Notes under the pieces: model-generated
What the model was told of the DNA's origin: nothing
The model's database searches: none
Seen by the model: only the letters and a program-made list of their open reading frames with translations
Shown here: one piece after another, positions 61,601 to 64,000 of the stretch
Position numbering within the stretch: the first letter of the stretch is position 1
Layout: the number at the start of each line of letters is the position of its first letter
Translations under genes and position numbers: made by a program
Origin: Magallana gigas
Lineage: Eukaryota
Assembly: GCF_963853765.1 (NCBI RefSeq)
Contig: NC_088856.1
Location: 44,950,001 to 45,014,000 of the forward strand
Length of the DNA: 64,000 bases
Reading direction: 5' to 3'

Positions 61601-63301
61601 TATCATATTCATCCAATTGCTCGAAGATGTTTCTTCGCTGGTCGTGGAATCCTCCGGGGAATTTCAATTTTGTTTTGTTTTCGCACCTTCGTTCATGTTG
61701 CATGCAGCGCCACGCTGAAGGAAACAGTTGCTCGCAAGAGGTACACTGATAGCTTCTGCTGTATGCGTTTATGTTTGATATGTACGAAAGGTGGTTTTTG
61801 TACAGATTTAGATTCATGCAGGCCTTGAAATGGCACGGACTTCGGCGTATGACTTCCACGCTGCCGTCTTCTCTTAGTTTGAATATGTTGACATTTATTT
61901 CAAAACACTCTTCAAGTCGATGCATGTCCTCCATTTCTAATCCCGGGTAGTCTTCAATCTGGATACTTGCATTCCCGATGTGTTGCATGAATGTCCTAAA
62001 GTTGGTTTTGGTGGTTTTTTCCATTTCTTTCCCCTCATTTGAATACATGCTTAGACACCTAAACGCGCATAAGTTGTCTCTGTAATAATCCCCCTTTGTG
62101 TTTTTGGTCAGAGCTCTTATATTTTGATTGGCTAAAATGTAATCCGGTAGCCGAGTTTCAGCAGCTCCTAATAAATAAGACGTCTTAAAGACGGAAATCC
62201 GTAAATTCGTTAAATAAAACAGCCTCCATTTAGTGTTATCTCGTTGACCATGTAAAAAATCCTGCAAGGAAATATCTTCCAACTTTTTCTTTAAACGACG
62301 AATGCTGGTCATGTTCTTGATTAAAAAGGGCCGTTCTAACAGAGTTAAATTTCGAGCAGGAATAAAATATCTAAATTCTCCGGTTTCGATGTGCCGAAGG
62401 ATAAAGCCAAAAGAAAACTGTATTTTAAATGCTGTTTGTTGTTTGTTGAAAATCTGTTCTGCTTGGTTAACGATCTCCTGAATAGACACATCATTTTGAA
62501 GCGGAATATTGATGGTAGATTGTACATCATCCTCCGCGTTGTCTTCAAAAATAAATTTGCTATTGGCTTTAAATACATTTTGAAGTTTTTGATCGGTAAT
62601 ATTCGGAGGAATAACGCTCTTTCCATGTCCCGTTTGTCCGTGTTCGATATTTCTATGAACATAAAGTTCCCTTCGCGTCGGAAAGAGATTTTGACATAAT
62701 TTACATCGGTATAACGAGGGGCCTGGGGAACTGGGGCTAGGACTTCTAACCTCCGATGACTACAATTTAAAAAACAAAACCAAAATAATTAAATATCGGA
62801 AAGAGTTAAATTCAAAATTTAGAAAAAAACAAAAAAAAAAACAAAAAAAAAAACATTAATTATAATATTACCTTTTCCGGTGTTTTGTGATGATGTTTGG
62901 CATGGGCATTGATTTCTTTTTTCCCCTTCAGGATTATCCCACAATGCCTACACTTAATACCTTTATTTCTTTCTTCCTTAAACAAAACATAAAATACATA
63001 CTGTAAAGTCTCTGAAGATTCAAAAGGGGGGGGGGGGGTTACTTGTAATTAAGAATCCAAATATCATACCTCCGGCAGTTTCTCCGCTTTTTGAGTAGCA
63101 GGTGCCCGTTGACAATCCTTTTCATGCCTGATTTTATTTGATTGATAGGCAAAATTCTTCAAACATTTTGAACAGGAATAGGTTATTCTGTGATGAATGC
63201 TCTTTCCGTGTCTATTGAGTCCAAATTTTGTCTTGAATGTTTTTGAGCATTCACTACATCGATATGTCGAGTTGTTTATTACCTCCTCTCCATTCGTATT
63301 T
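58617..63301 (-). pseudogene. Protein-primed family B DNA polymerase with spliced N-terminal C2H2 fingers; one in-frame TAG at 59876-59874
   Basis: Exons 63301-63070, 62976-62872 and 62759-58617 join in frame; a further candidate exon lies at about 63580-63411. Exo motifs FDFE, FNSSRYD and YNNLD; Pol motifs YDANALY, KTIGNSAYG and EMDTDS. Confidence 0.9.
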
Positions 63302-63699
63302 CTGAATAATTAATTATACTACATTACAAAGTCATCATTTTATTCATTTATTTCCCCATCATATTTTTATTATATATATTTTAAATCTTGTAGCTTTTAT
63401 AATAACTTACTGTATGTCTTCCCGCAGTTCAGTTGTACGAGCTATTACTTCTCTGTGAGTCTGAAGATTTAATCTATTAGCCCATATTTTCAACGCCTTG
63501 GTTTCAACAAGATTTGCTATTTCTTTCCGTATAACCTCTTCTTCAGCGTTAAATAAGAGCTGGTCTATATTATCTTCGCATCACCGTTAAGTGACACTGG
63601 ATCTAGCTATGTATATATATACACCATTTATAAATCTCTTACGTGGTATATTTACATACTTTGTTAACCAATTTTCTCAGTGGACCGCTGGTATAAATT

Positions 63700-64000
63700 A
63701 CATGAAATTACATGCGTCGGTGTAAACGAACATCAAGTCAATTCCTGTCTGTTTAATCATTTAACAGTTTTCCCGTGTTTATTCTTAGTTTCATTTATTA
63801 TATAATCATTGTTGGTATACTTTAATCCCATTCATTAAGCGGGAGTGTTTTTATTTAACTCGCAGACTAGTATTAATACATAAGATCTTCAAGACATGAA
63901 ATTACATGTGAACGAACATCAAGAAAATTCCTGCCTGTTTATTCTCCAGTGTTTATTCCTAATGTCATCTATTATGTAATAATTGTTCGTATACTTTAAG
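63700..64000. repeat. Diverged direct repeat (period about 194 bp) upstream of the polymerase
   Basis: ACATGAAATTACATG..AACGAACATCAAG..ATTCCTG.CTGTTTA at 63700 and 63894. Confidence 0.7.

Larger units (their letters stand above)
49460..64000. mobile_element. Polinton/Maverick (adintovirus-like) endogenous virus; right end outside the window
   Basis: AGTAGTAGT terminus plus the complete hallmark set: rve integrase, A32-like ATPase, minor and major capsid, adenain-like protease and protein-primed PolB. Confidence 0.95.

Noticed and set aside
58617-62489. Two separate polymerase genes as drawn by the ORF track
   Set aside because: The two ORFs are in the same frame, separated by one TAG and seven sense codons; the motifs require a single protein.
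59810-62699. ORFs 59810-60193, 60120-60320, 61135-61485, 62345-62662 and 62391-62699
   Set aside because: Antisense or alternate-frame shadows of the polymerase gene.

Overview
AT-rich metazoan DNA with spliceosomal introns and two N-gaps. The composition, frequent TACATGTA and the repeat types suggest a bivalve such as an oyster (inference). Bases 1-20 kb hold an 8-exon monoglyceride-lipase gene (-) with a truncated BED-finger/hAT-derived gene nested antisense in its last intron. Head-to-head with it is a 6-exon PLP-dependent serine/threonine dehydratase gene (+), which appears to have two mutually exclusive versions of exon 3. Bases 21.5-49.5 kb hold a tandem cluster of gene starts that all begin MGGxxS. 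One leads into a vWA-like/transmembrane/tyrosine-motif receptor. This region also has many MITEs, a truncated Ty3/gypsy element (LTR, tRNA-Leu PBS, gag-protease) and a 2.6-kb duplication. From about 49,460 to the window end lies a Polinton/Maverick-type endogenous dsDNA virus starting with AGTAGT. It carries integrase-chromodomain, packaging ATPase, minor and major capsid, adenain-like protease and protein-primed PolB genes. Its less usual cargo is a spliced OTU protease, a spliced type-I membrane protein, two PC4-like proteins (one with a predicted TM helix) and spliced C2H2-finger exons fused to the polymerase. Integrase, major capsid and PolB each carry one disabling lesion. The right end of the element lies outside the window. 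All protein-family calls come from motif recognition by eye; no database searches were run.
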